A DNA stretch of 54,520 bases from Neophaeotheca triangularis. Its lineage: Eukaryota. Position numbers and translations under genes: made by a program. The notes beneath the pieces were generated by a model that was not told the DNA's origin, did no database searches, and was given only the letters and a program-made list of their open reading frames with translations. Below are positions 1-10,498 of this stretch, piece by piece. The stretch spans positions 1 to 54,520 of the forward strand of contig BAAIJX010000089.1 of the NCBI GenBank assembly GCA_054600435.1. The letters run 5' to 3'. How positions within the stretch are numbered: position 1 is the stretch's first letter; each line of letters opens with the position of its first letter.

Positions 1-6
1 GTCTGG

Positions 7-21
7 TGGGGGGGGGGGGGT

Positions 22-71
<50 letters not shown>

Positions 72-83
72 CCCCCCCCCCCC
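7..83. repeat. Poly-G run followed by poly-C run at the window start (low complexity, probably a contig-end artefact)
   Basis: Near-pure G from 7-67 (one T at 21), then pure C 68-83. Confidence 0.8.
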
Positions 84-591
84 TCACCAGTAAAGCGTCA
101 CCTTGGTCTTGTCATCTGAGTCCGCCATGTTGAGCTGAGTTGACCTATATACGTCGGTCTGTTGTTTGTCAATACAATCGGGAAATAGCTATGGAATGAT
201 GTTGGTCTCTTGCAATGGTCACGCAAACACAAATCCTGCCATGAAGTTGCTAGTAGCTGGAGGTATCTGAGGGCTACCTTATCGTCTCGACACCCGCGGA
301 TTGCCGAGGTGGATGGGTGGATGTACCTCCATACTTTCCCTGATTCTGAGTGCACGTGAAGGCAGCCCAGCCGCTCAAATTGATGGAAACATTGATTAAA
401 CCCCCCCCAATTCCCAATCAAAACGACGCAGCAGCAGCTGCCCGCAAACTCCCTCCCCGAAAAGCCTTGGCACGCGATTGGTTCATCAACGTCAGCCCTT
501 CCCCGTCGTAACCCTAGGTCACTGCCACGACGACAACCCCATCGCCCTCCCGCCCGTCAATCCACCACCACCACAGCAGCAAACCCTCACA

Positions 592-1324
592 ATGCGTCCT
601 GCCCTCCGCCTCCTCGCGGGCCACGGCCCCCAGGCCCTGCACATGGACCCCGCGCTGGTCAAATACGCGAGTACGTCGGCTCCCATACCCACCGGCGCAA
701 ATGCCCCGATAACATCAGGCCCGAAGAGCCAGTCTTCACCGACATGCTGACGCGAGGTGTGAACAGACATGTACGTCAAGCGCCACGAGTACTTCCGCTG
801 GACGCCGCGGACCGCCTGGATCACCGTTGCGTACGTTATTGCCGCGCCCGGCGCGCTGTTGTATGCGGCGTTTGGGACTGAGGTGAGTTCTAGATGGACT
901 TTCTTTCCTGTTGTGGGAGCTTGAGGATGGATGGGAGGCAATGAAATAGAGTGGGACGGGCTGGAAAAGGGTGCGCTGGGGGTGGTGGAAGGGTGGAGGG
1001 CGCAAGAGATGGTGCGGGCGGTGAAGCGAGAGGGAGGACGCTTGAGCTCGAGAGAGGGGGGATTTAGGAGGGCTCGACAGGATGATGTAGTTGGAGGATG
1101 GGTATTGGAGCAGCGACAGGGAGAGGAAGAATGGCAGCGGACACCAGGCCTACGGCCACTGCGCTCGAGATGGCCTGGATCACAAAATCGGCATATTTTG
1201 GAGAAGTGCTGGACACAACAAAATGGCCAAGGTCAATCCAGAACTCCAGCTAACACTTGCACCCCTACAGGGTAAATGGGAACTCCGCGGCAAGCGAAGG
1301 GGCGACGTGATCTCCGAGTTTTAA
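592..1324 (+). CDS. NDUFB4: NADH:ubiquinone oxidoreductase (complex I) accessory subunit B15/NDUFB4-like, 3 exons (592-670, 767-882, 1271-1324)
   Basis: Joining at GTACGT..GCTGAC..CAG and GTGAGT..GCTAAC..CAG gives [82 protein letters not shown]. The DPAL..Y / FRWTPRTA / single TM / GKW..RGKRRGD pattern matches fungal NDUFB4. Not present as a single ORF in the track. Confidence 0.85.
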
Positions 1325-1767
1325 AGGGAAGGATAGAAGAAGGAAAAGGAAAGACAACAATGATTGCGGGCGTTATGGGGCGAAATTGATACCGAGCGGT
1401 GGAAGAGGAGGTGGTTGGCAAGGTAGCACCGGAAAGATATGTACATACCAACCAGAGCCGAAGCCTTTCAAGCCTATCCTAAACCACTACATGTGATCTT
1501 GACGAGCCCCCATGGCGTTCACGCTCGGTAAAGGTGTTTTGGGGTAAGAATAAACTCTCCATCGTGCAATACAAGCATCCATCTTCTTTCAAGAAGCCGA
1601 GTTCACCGAGGAATGGATGATAGCTAGCTAGCCAAAAAAAAAAAAAAAAAACCCCCCGTGCGATCTACGAGAAAACGACGCCAGCTTTAACCCCTCCGGT
1701 TCCCACGCACATCAAACCACTCCATCTCGCTGTCGCAGACCCACGCCTCAGTACTTCCCTAACAGCC

Positions 1768-3949
1768 TCACTCCTCATCAGTATCAGTATCCGTATCCGT
1801 CTCGCTCTCGCTCTCATCTTGATCGTCATCGGTATCAGACTCGTAATCGCTCTCTTCGTCCTTTTGCGCTTTCTTTGCAGGCAAACGGCGTTTGGTGGGA
1901 GCCTTTTGCGCGGGCGGGGCGTTGGGGTCGGCGGTAGGTTGGCCCTTGAGAGTGGCCATGGCGCCGGCTATGGAATCTACAGAAGCATTAGTAAAACGGC
2001 AGACCGAGGAAGGAATGCGGATGCTCGGGAGCAAACTCACCCTCTTCTGGTTCAGAGATATCGTCCTCCTCCTCTACCTCTTCAATCTCCTTGGCCTTAC
2101 TAGCGTCCTCGATCCTCATCGTCACCTCCTGTCGATGATCAAACCCAACGTAGCTGTCACAGCACAAGTTCATGATGAACTTGTACTCACCCGGCTGGGG
2201 CGGCGCCTGGAACTGCATCTTCAGCGTCACGACCTCAAATGTCGGTTGTCCGGTCTTCTCGTCAAACGGCGGCTTGTCGAAACTGGCGAAAGTGAAGGGC
2301 GGGACGGCGATTTTGCCTTGGCGAGTATCGGCAAGGAAGACGTGCCAGCGTGGGGCGCGCTCTTTGGCGAAGTATGGGGCGTAGGCTAGCGGGGGGAAGT
2401 TTTGCGGTGTTTCTTCTTTTTGGGACTTGATCAGGTCGCGTTCGTCGGGGTCAATATCTTCGAGGTCAGACGCTTTGATTGCTGGCGGAGTGGTGCCTGG
2501 GGGTATGACGCGTGCTTTGATGACGAATTGGATCAAGCTGGATGGGAGGATGTACTTTTCGCCTTGAACTTTGAAGAACGTGCGTTCGACTCGGAGGTAG
2601 GGAAGTTGGCGGGCGACGGTTTCGGCTTGCTTGAGCTGGGAAGAGGTAAGGCCAGCGTTTTGGCAGAGGGATTGCCGTTGAGGAGTTGGGAGATCCATAA
2701 GTCCTTGGACGGTCAGGTGGGATTTGAGGCTGGTTTGGGTTGAAGCTTCCACTTTCTGGATGATTTCTTGCGTAAAGTGGGGGAGTTGGAGGAGGGGAAG
2801 TCGCTTCGTAGGCGGAATAGCTTGAACGAGGGATTGAGAGAGGTGGTAGCTCGCCAGCACGGGCGCGGTGTTACCGTAGGCAAGACAGATTGCTACAAAG
2901 GCTTCGTTCATCTGGAGGGCAGTTGGTGGAATCTCGTATTTGTCGGCTTCTAGGGCCCTGTCGCCGAGTTCAAGGCGGGCGAGGTACGCCCAGGTGAGGG
3001 CAAGGGCTTTCCTGCGGACGGAGTCGTCGATGGCACGTAGCCGGTTCTTTTCCTTTTCGGGCATACCTGTCGAAGCGTCTTCCTCGAGCAGCTTCTTCTC
3101 CAACGAGCTGAGCCCGCTGTCGGCCCTACCGCCGTGCAGAATGTCCTGGTGCTCGACAGCGGTGCTGACCGCCGCAATGGTGTCACTTGGCTCCATCTTG
3201 TCGCGGTACTCTTTCAGCATGTTGCCCGCGCTAGTAACCAGGATTCTCTCCCTAGTCATCTTCTGCATGCCATACCACCACTTGCCAACCAGCCACGGCA
3301 GTCCAACACCCAGCAGCATTCCATAGAAAAGCAAGACATATTTCCCACTCCCTTCTGCAACGAGAAACTGTGGCAATGCGATACCAAAGCTGGTGCTTTG
3401 CCTTCCATCCGGGTTTCCGTACTGCAAGAAGTTGTTCCGAATCTCCTCATCCGTCAATGCCTTGTACGCCTTTACAATCTCCACCCACTCATCGTTGATA
3501 GCCTCAATAGTTTCATTCTTGACCGGGTCCGGCTTCCGCTTATCCGGATGCATGGTGATAGACAACCGCCTATATCTCGAGTTTATTTGTTTCTCGTTCG
3601 CGTTCAAGCTGACATCGAGAATGTCGTAGGGATTCCAAATCTTGGGGGTGTTGCGCGCTGTTACTACCATGAGGTAGACCATGTACGCCATGACGAGCCA
3701 TCCTGTCGCAACGGTGAGGATACGTTTTGTGCGCCTTTCTTTCCGCTTCTGCTTTGCGCGCTGTGTGTCGATCAAATCGGCATCTTTGGGTTGGTAGTCG
3801 GTTTCAATGTGATGGTGCTTAGAACGGGAGCCTCCTTCGTCTGCGGGTCTGCGGAGGAGGGTGTAAGTGAGGGGGACGGTGACCAGGGAGGTCACCGTCA
3901 GGACGAAGAAGGGGAAGAATTGCGCTTCCTCGTCGTAATTGTACTCCAT
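1768..3949 (-). CDS. SEC63: ER translocon subunit Sec63 (J-domain), 2 exons (3949-2041, 1976-1768)
   Basis: MEYNYDEEAQFFPFF N-terminus, TM segments, J-domain with HPDK, YGNPDG motif, Sec63/Brl domain. The intron 1977-2040 (GTGAGT..TACTAAT..TAG) joins the acidic C-terminal tail (DSIAGAM...DTDTDTDEE). Confidence 0.95.
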
Positions 3950-4268
3950 GGCGACGGCTGTTGAGTTGTGTGGTTAAGGAAAGGCGAATGGAAGTTGCGT
4001 CCTGCGCAATGTTGTTGTCTGTCGCTTTCGTCTATTCAGCCATGTGTTCGATAGCGGTGGTGACCTGGGTGCCTCGAGTTCCAGTGTACGTTGCGTTATG
4101 TGAACGAGAAGGGGGTGAGACACTGGCGGAAAGTCAACAATGTGTTCATTATTGACCGAGAGAATGCCACCTGGGCCATTCACTAGCGCCGGGCACTTCC
4201 GCCTCCACCACTGCCGCGGTGCAGAAACTCGAGGGCAAGTGTGGCGAGCTGCGCTAAGCACGCTAGCC

Positions 4269-4279
4269 TTATCTTATCT
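4269..4279 (-). promoter_or_regulatory. Tandem GATA sites (AGATAAGATAA) in the SEC63/MOCS1 divergent promoter; candidate AreA/NIT2-type sites
   Basis: TTATCTTATCT at 4269-4279 and a third TTATCT at 4386-4391. The motif is common in fungal promoters, so function is inferred only. Confidence 0.3.
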
Positions 4280-4474
4280 TTGACCACGCTCGTCCGTTGG
4301 TCAGTGAGGTGAGGTGAGATTCAGGTGAAGTGCATTGAAGTAAGCTACTCCGTGTGCCATGTGTTTGTATATCTAACTCGCTCCATTATCTTGTACATAA
4401 CATCTTTCCTCCCAATTGCGTGACGAGCGTCGCAATGCCCATCCACCTCATACCAAGGTAGCACATCCACGAAC

Positions 4475-5767
4475 ATGGCCTCAATCACCCGAGCTCTACC
4501 ACGAGCCGCGCTGAGGCCTCGATCAAGGCCAACGTGCCCTTCACCACGGCGCATTGCCACCGGAAACAGTACGATCGAACACGAAGTCGACCCCTACCTA
4601 CCACCAGTAAATCCCTCGGCGCCACTCACCGGTCGGAGGCAACAAGTCAAAGAGGCCAAGCCCTTCTCCGACTTCCTCACAGACACCTTCAACCGACAAC
4701 ACGACTACCTCCGTATCTCCTTGACCGAACGTTGTAATCTGCGATGTCTTTACTGCATGCCCGAAGAGGGTGTCCAGCTCTCGCCGAACAAGGATCTCCT
4801 CACGACCGCCGAGATCCACTACCTCAGTGCGCTCTTCGTCAACCAAGGCGTCAGCAAGATCCGCCTGACCGGAGGCGAGCCGACAGTCAGGAAAGACATC
4901 GTCCCTCTGATGCAACAAATCGGGTCTTTACGTCGCAATGGGTTGAAAGAGCTGGCCCTCACGACCAACGCCATTTCCCTCCACCGCAAACTTGATAGCA
5001 TGGTCGAAGCCGGACTGACAGGCGTCAATATCTCCCTCGATACCCTCGATCCTTTCCAATTCCAGCTCTTAACTCGTCGCGCCGGCTTCTCCGCTGTAAT
5101 GAAGAGCATCGACCGGGTACTAGAAATGAACAAACTCGGCGCGGGCGTAAAGTTGAAGGTCAATTGCGTGGTAATGCGCGGACTGAACGATCACCAAATA
5201 CTGCCCTTCATCGAGATGGGTCGCGAAAAGGACGTTGAAGTGCGGTTTATCGAGTACATGCCCTTTGGCGGTAATAAGTGGAGCGAGAATAAGATGCTGC
5301 CCTATGCGGAAATGCTGGACATAATCCGCGTACAACACCCCAACGTGCAAAGACTCAGAGGCCACAAGAACGACACGAGCAAAACATACCAGATCCCGGG
5401 CTTCGTGGGCAAAATAGGTTTCATCACCAGCATGACGCACAATTTCTGCGGAACTTGCAATCGTTTGCGCATTACAAGCGACGGCAATCTGAAAGTCTGT
5501 CTACATGGCAATACCGAGGTCAGTTTGCGGGATTTGTTGCGGAGTGATCACCAAGGCGAGCCAATGGACGAGGCAGCTTTTGAGGCTGTCAGGCAGCTCG
5601 AGCTGGATCGCCGGAAAGCCGACACAGGCTCTGATGGTTGGATTAGCAAGGAGCGCCATTTGCTAGATGTCATTGGAGCGGCAGTTAAGAGGAAGAAGGA
5701 GAAGCATGCGGGCATGGAAGAGCTGCAGCACATGGAGAATCGGCCGATGATCTTGATTGGTGGGTAG
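4475..5767 (+). CDS. MOCS1A: GTP 3',8-cyclase (MoaA/MOCS1A, radical SAM), first cistron of the cnxABC/nit-7-type locus
   Basis: LTDTFNRQHDYLRISLTERCNLRCLYCMP (CxxxCxxC), KIRLTGGEPT, FCGTCNRLR..C second cluster and the C-terminal MILIGG* signature. The Arg/Ser-rich N-terminus resembles a mitochondrial presequence. Confidence 0.95.
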   Translation: MASITRALPRAALRPRSRPTCPSPRRIATGNSTIEHEVDPYLPPVNPSAPLTGRRQQVKEAKPFSDFLTDTFNRQHDYLRISLTERCNLRCLYCMPEEGVQLSPNKDLLTTAEIHYLSALFVNQGVSKIRLTGGEPTVRKDIVPLMQQIGSLRRNGLKELALTTNAISLHRKLDSMVEAGLTGVNISLDTLDPFQFQLLTRRAGFSAVMKSIDRVLEMNKLGAGVKLKVNCVVMRGLNDHQILPFIEMGREKDVEVRFIEYMPFGGNKWSENKMLPYAEMLDIIRVQHPNVQRLRGHKNDTSKTYQIPGFVGKIGFITSMTHNFCGTCNRLRITSDGNLKVCLHGNTEVSLRDLLRSDHQGEPMDEAAFEAVRQLELDRRKADTGSDGWISKERHLLDVIGAAVKRKKEKHAGMEELQHMENRPMILIGG

Positions 5768-6104
5768 GTTCTCTTTTCTCTTTGCACAAGTCGCGCGCGA
5801 GAGTCGCCACGCCCTCTGTAGGTCGCAGGCTATCGTGCATAAGCCCGACGGCGGGGCCCAATTTGGAGCTCCACTCTCCCTGGAGGCACAGTATCCAGAA
5901 GGTGACTCATTCCGAGCATATACTGCATAGCGTTCGGCGCCTTGAGAAATGGGGTTTCACGACGTAATGAGAACAAGCGCGATAGGGTAGCGCACACGAT
6001 CAAAATTTTGACAACTTTCCGCTCGGTGGTCATCGTTCTTGCATCTAGCTCTCTCCGTCTGGTTTGTGCTGTCGAAGGCCACATGCTTACCTTTTATGTC
6101 ATAG

Positions 6105-7810
6105 ATGAGACCACAGCAAGCAGAAGAGCAACACAACTACCACCACAAGCATCGAACAAGAGGCCATCAAGTTTCAAATACAATTCACGTCCAGCGACTA
6201 TCCCCTACCACCTATTGACTCCCACCTCGTTCGGGCAGCTCAGGTTGTACTCTTCCCACTCCGACAATGATAACTCCAGTGACAGCAAAATTACCACCGT
6301 CGGATCCGATGAAAACGCCCAAAATCCTTCACAAATTCCTCAGGCTAGTTCAGCGTCGAGCTTCACTTTCCAGAGCTTAAAAGGTCTCTTCCACTCCGGC
6401 CCAGCCCGCGGGCGATATAGTCGAGCGAAGGAGGAACCCCAAGCATCAGATATCACCAAGACCGCCGCGAGGCAAAATTCAGATAGACTTCACTCCGAGC
6501 GCTCCGAGGCTCAGGGAGAAGAAGTGCCTCAAGTGAAGTTCGCGAGCGAGGGCGGTGGGCCGGCGGATGCTAATGCCGATGCGGGTGCAAATGAATGGGC
6601 TAAGCTGACCCGGGGACTTAATGCGAGTGATGCGGGTCCTAGTATCACGAGACATCCGACCAGGGGCGCTCACCTCGAAACGAGGGAGAACGAGTCTGGT
6701 CGACCTTTCTTCTCGGATCAAGTAATTTCTTTTTCCGAACCAGCTGCGTCGCAGTCTATGCGCCAGGGAGAGATCAAACAGAGCTTCTGCACGGAAGACG
6801 TCCCAGCGACGCCAGAGTTGAAGAAACGCGACCGGGGCACCACGGAGATATCTCCGGTCGGTCGCACAACCCGTCAAAAAGGCCGGAACCCGAACCGCAA
6901 GACCAGGCCCGCTATCCGTGGGTCGCGATCGAACCCTATGAACCCAAGCAAGTCTGAGAAAGTCCCGAATCCTTTTGCGGGAAGCGCGGATGCTGTGATA
7001 CAGTCGAGAATTGAGGAGCCAGACAGCAATCTATTCGGTCTTGGAGAAGACAACGAAATACACACTACCTCGCCTGTGTCGGAGAATGAAGTAGCCACTT
7101 CTCAGATCGCTGAGGAAAATGTCACTACCAACACACCGCCTACCGAAACTGACGGCCCCGCACCCCCTTCAACAACGACGCCCAAACTCACCCACCTCAA
7201 CACCTCCGGCGAAGCCCAAATGGTCTCCGTTACCTCGAAGCCCAGCACCTCCCGCACAGCCGTAGCCTTCGCCTACGTCCGCTTCAGTAACCCAGCGACC
7301 TACAGCCTCTTGACCAGCGGCGCCAACAAAAAAGGCGACGCACTGAGCGCCGCACGCATAGCAGGAATCATGGCCGCAAAGAAAACCTCAGACCTAATCC
7401 CGCTATGCCATCCGCTCCCGCTTTCAAGCGTGGAAGTCGACGTGCAGCCCAAGGGTTTCGGGCGGACTTTCAGCCCCGAGGAAATGGCCCTCTGCACCTG
7501 GCTCGGCGCGAGCCCGAAGCACTTGCGGTCCGGCTGCGTGACGCTGACGGCCATGGCGCAGTGTCAAGGGCCTACGGGGGTGGAGATGGAGGCGCTGACG
7601 GCGGTTCTGGTCGCGGCTGCTACGGTTGTTGACATGTGTAAGGCTGTGGATAAGTCCATGTCGGTTGAGAAAGGGACCGTGGTTTATAAGGCTGGGGGCA
7701 GGAGTGGGATTACTGTGGACAGGAAGTGGGGGCGTTTGGTGGGTGGGCAGTGGTTCGAGAGTAGAGGGTTGGATGTGCCGGCGGGGGTATTGGAGGGGAG
7801 TGAGAAGTAA
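6105..7810 (+). CDS. MOCS1B: Cyclic pyranopterin monophosphate synthase (MoaC/MOCS1B) exon, expressed as an A-B fusion by splicing 5760-6104
   Basis: LTHLNTSGEAQMV, KKGDALSAARIAGIMAAKKTSDLIPLCHPL, TGVEMEALTAV and DMCKAVDK are MoaC motifs. The donor GTGGGT at 5760 and acceptor CATAG ending 6104 are both phase 1, giving an in-frame MILI-D-ETTAS junction. Confidence 0.9.
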
Positions 7811-8670
7811 GCACAGGATAGCCAAGGCGGAGACAGGGCGGCTGGAGTGACGTGGGTTCCGCTTATGCATTGTTGGCCTTGTTTTCAGCGCTCGCATCCC
7901 ATCCGCAACGCTTCTAGCCCTGCAACGAGCCAAAAACCTCAGCTCCGTTTCAATGGCGTCAACGTCCTTTCAGGCCGCATCCGATCGCACTGACCCGCCA
8001 CCTGGTCGACGTACCGAGTACCACGTCAGCGCCCGGAGAAAAGGGTGCGCTGCCAAGAAAAATCTGCCACGACAACGCCCCCAAGTGAGCCGCCACTGCC
8101 ACTCAAAACTCGTAACATAAGTGTATACACCCATCTGAACACGTGCGCACCAGCAAGACTTTATCGTCTAAACAATGAACGCTTCGATGGAACGCGCGAC
8201 AGAAGTAGCCGGAGTCAGAAACTGCAGTACGTTTCTGCCGAAAGAGCCCTCGCTAGACGACAGCCTGTAATGCCAAAATATATGTTGTTGAGTACGCGTT
8301 GCTGCCATTGCTTTGCTGCTATTTACATTATGCCTGCAAATTCACCCGTGCGCGCTTCCAATACTACCCAGAAAAAAAAGGGAGAACTAGCTCCCAGGGT
8401 ATCAAAAATCGTGTACATCCGAAACGCAATCTCTCGCCCGTGCCAGTCGCGGCCGTTTTCTGGAAGATCAAGATGTAGCGCAAGAACATAAGAAAAAAAT
8501 AAGCTCAAGCCCGACATCACCCTCGCTAGAGTTGCGACAGTCTTGTTCAAACGAGACCGCCTCGAAACGGCCGCCTCCCATATCTCACAACTCCCAGACT
8601 CCCGCTCTCTCCCTTCCATCACTCTCCCTCTTTCTCAAACCCTGCGCCAATCTATCAAACATGCCACTTC

Positions 8671-10335
8671 TCAATCACCCCGAAGAAACCCCAGCTCCCC
8701 AAAGATAGCTTCGGTCAGCGAGCCCGCCGCAACCTCTTCCTCCTCATCTTCCTCCCCAACGCGCAAAAACGTCGGCAGAGTCAACTCTGCTTCCCTGCCC
8801 AGGCGTAAGCTCCCGAGACTGGATTTGCGGGTCTCGCGGCTGGGCTCTGGGGGGAGGGGCTTGCGTGGGTGGTCGGCGTGGGGGCTGACTTGGGTGGGAG
8901 AGAGGTTCGTGGGCTGTGGGGGAGGAGGAGGGGGCGGCACTCGGCCTGGAGGGTTTGAGAGGGTGCTTGTATTGAATGTGGTGGGGTTGTGGGAGGGGAA
9001 TGAGGGGGACGGGAGGGAGTAGTAGCTTCCGCCTGCTTGAGGGGGAGGAGGTCGCGATGGCGCTGTGTCGTGTTCGTCTTCTTCGTTTTGGGGTTCACGT
9101 TCGCGAGCGAGACCCCGCAGCCGGGAGGTGATTTGGTGCATGGCGCTTCCCTCGGTGTTTTCGTCGTAAGCGTCGTGGTAGTTTTGGTCTATACCGGAAA
9201 GACGAAAGGGGGTGACGAGGTCTTCGGAGGTAGAGCTCATGGTTGCGGCGCTGAAAGTGGGGGACCAGAGGTTTTCGTTTGGGTCGCTGGGGTAGGGGTC
9301 TGGGCTGGGGCTTGGGCTTGGGGAAGAGAAATCAGGGGTCTCGGAGCGAGGGGCGGAACCATAGCGGGGTGGTTCGGTGGGGTTGGATGTTTGATGGAAG
9401 TGCGAGTGGGAGTGAGGGTATGAGGGTCGGCTTGTGTGTATTTGTTGGTTTGGCGAGGGGCTAGTCCCGCTGTCTTGAGATCGGGGGATGGACGAATGTC
9501 TGGATGGTTGTTGGGTCTGGCAGATTCGAGAGTCGAAGCCTTGTAGATCGCTGCGCCGAGTTGACGGTCGTTCCTCTTTCCCCTCCGCGGCTGTGGAGGG
9601 CTCATTGCTCGGTGGGGAATACCGGTAATTTTGGCGGAGTCTCAACCGCCGGCCTCGCTCGGAAGAATTGGCCTGGAAGTCGCTGCTCTCTTTCACTCGC
9701 GCACGCTTTGATATGGGGCTATCGACAGTCTGCACGAGAGAATGTTTATTCGAACGTGACGAAGATGATCGCGTAGTCAAAGACGCTCTGCTCGACGGCC
9801 TGTTCTCCAGACGCCCACCCAAATCGGCATCCGATCGACACCTCTCGTGTACTTTTGAAAAAGGCGGAGGCTCGAGGCCACTATATCTCGCCTCAGGATC
9901 CAGCCTACTCATCGAACCAGATAGCACCAACAACCCCGGAGCACCGCCGGAAGCGCTTCGACAGCGACTGGGGGGCGGCAAGACCTCGACCGGTACATCT
10001 AGCACATTCATAGCCTGGCCCGGCAGCAGAGGACAATTCGTTGTACAAGGCCGTCCGTCATCGTAAGCTTCGAACTGATCGTCCAGTCTGTAGTAAAACC
10101 AATACGTCCCGCCCTGCTTCAAGCCTCCGGAGCGGGGTCGCGACCAATCAAGTCTGTCGCCATCGAAGACGATGTTGTCGAAAGGAAAGCAACCTGTCCA
10201 AGTCCCTCGTCCACGTTTGATGTCGTGCTGCATCCGGTATCCTCGGGCAAAATTATCCCATGAGCCGAAAAGCTCGACGCTGCGGACGTGAGGTGGCGTC
10301 TTGAACATGAAGGTCACGAGCGTTGTGGCATCCAT
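8671..10335 (-). CDS. Protein with an N-terminal AMPK-beta-type carbohydrate-binding (E-set) domain and a long Pro/Ser-rich disordered tail
   Basis: 554-aa ATG ORF; FKTPPHVRSVELFGSWDNF...GGLKQGGTYWFYYRLD resembles the AMPK1_CBM fold (GSWDNW/F motif). Confidence 0.7.
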   Translation of the reverse strand: MDATTLVTFMFKTPPHVRSVELFGSWDNFARGYRMQHDIKRGRGTWTGCFPFDNIVFDGDRLDWSRPRSGGLKQGGTYWFYYRLDDQFEAYDDGRPCTTNCPLLPGQAMNVLDVPVEVLPPPSRCRSASGGAPGLLVLSGSMSRLDPEARYSGLEPPPFSKVHERCRSDADLGGRLENRPSSRASLTTRSSSSRSNKHSLVQTVDSPISKRARVKESSDFQANSSERGRRLRLRQNYRYSPPSNEPSTAAEGKEERPSTRRSDLQGFDSRICQTQQPSRHSSIPRSQDSGTSPSPNQQIHTSRPSYPHSHSHFHQTSNPTEPPRYGSAPRSETPDFSSPSPSPSPDPYPSDPNENLWSPTFSAATMSSTSEDLVTPFRLSGIDQNYHDAYDENTEGSAMHQITSRLRGLAREREPQNEEDEHDTAPSRPPPPQAGGSYYSLPSPSFPSHNPTTFNTSTLSNPPGRVPPPPPPPQPTNLSPTQVSPHADHPRKPLPPEPSRETRKSSLGSLRLGREAELTLPTFLRVGEEDEEEEVAAGSLTEAIFGELGFLRGD

Positions 10336-10466
10336 TACGACGAGACGTTTGCCCTTCCGGGCGTTGGAGGTAGGATGGACGATGAGTAGTTTTCAACGTC
10401 GGCGCATTGAAATTTGAGAGTGTCGTGAAAGAGGGAAGGGAGGAGTTGGTCGTAGCTGGAGTAGTG

Positions 10467-10498
10467 TGTAGAGCTACTACCTTGTAGAGCTACTACCT
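10467..10498. repeat. Exact 16-bp tandem duplication (TGTAGAGCTACTACCT x2)
   Basis: Read directly from the sequence. Confidence 0.85.

Noticed and set aside
1..83. G-run/C-run inverted repeat as a telomere, hairpin end or G-quadruplex element
   Set aside because: No TTAGGG units. Homopolymers at both window ends are more simply explained as low-quality contig ends.
1634..1651. A18 run as a retroelement tail
   Set aside because: No SINE/LINE body or target-site duplication; it lies between two convergent 3' ends.
3134..3964. 276-aa plus-strand ORF
   Set aside because: Antisense shadow of SEC63 caused by codon bias; no recognisable motifs.
5942..6104. Track ORF start for a stand-alone 622-aa MOCS1B
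   Set aside because: It starts at a TTG inside the predicted intron and runs through the branch point and acceptor; spliced fusion explains the frame better.
5768..6104. TPP riboswitch in the MOCS1 intron
   Set aside because: The conserved CUGAGA and UGAU..GNUAAU.C..GCG.A.G aptamer elements are not present.
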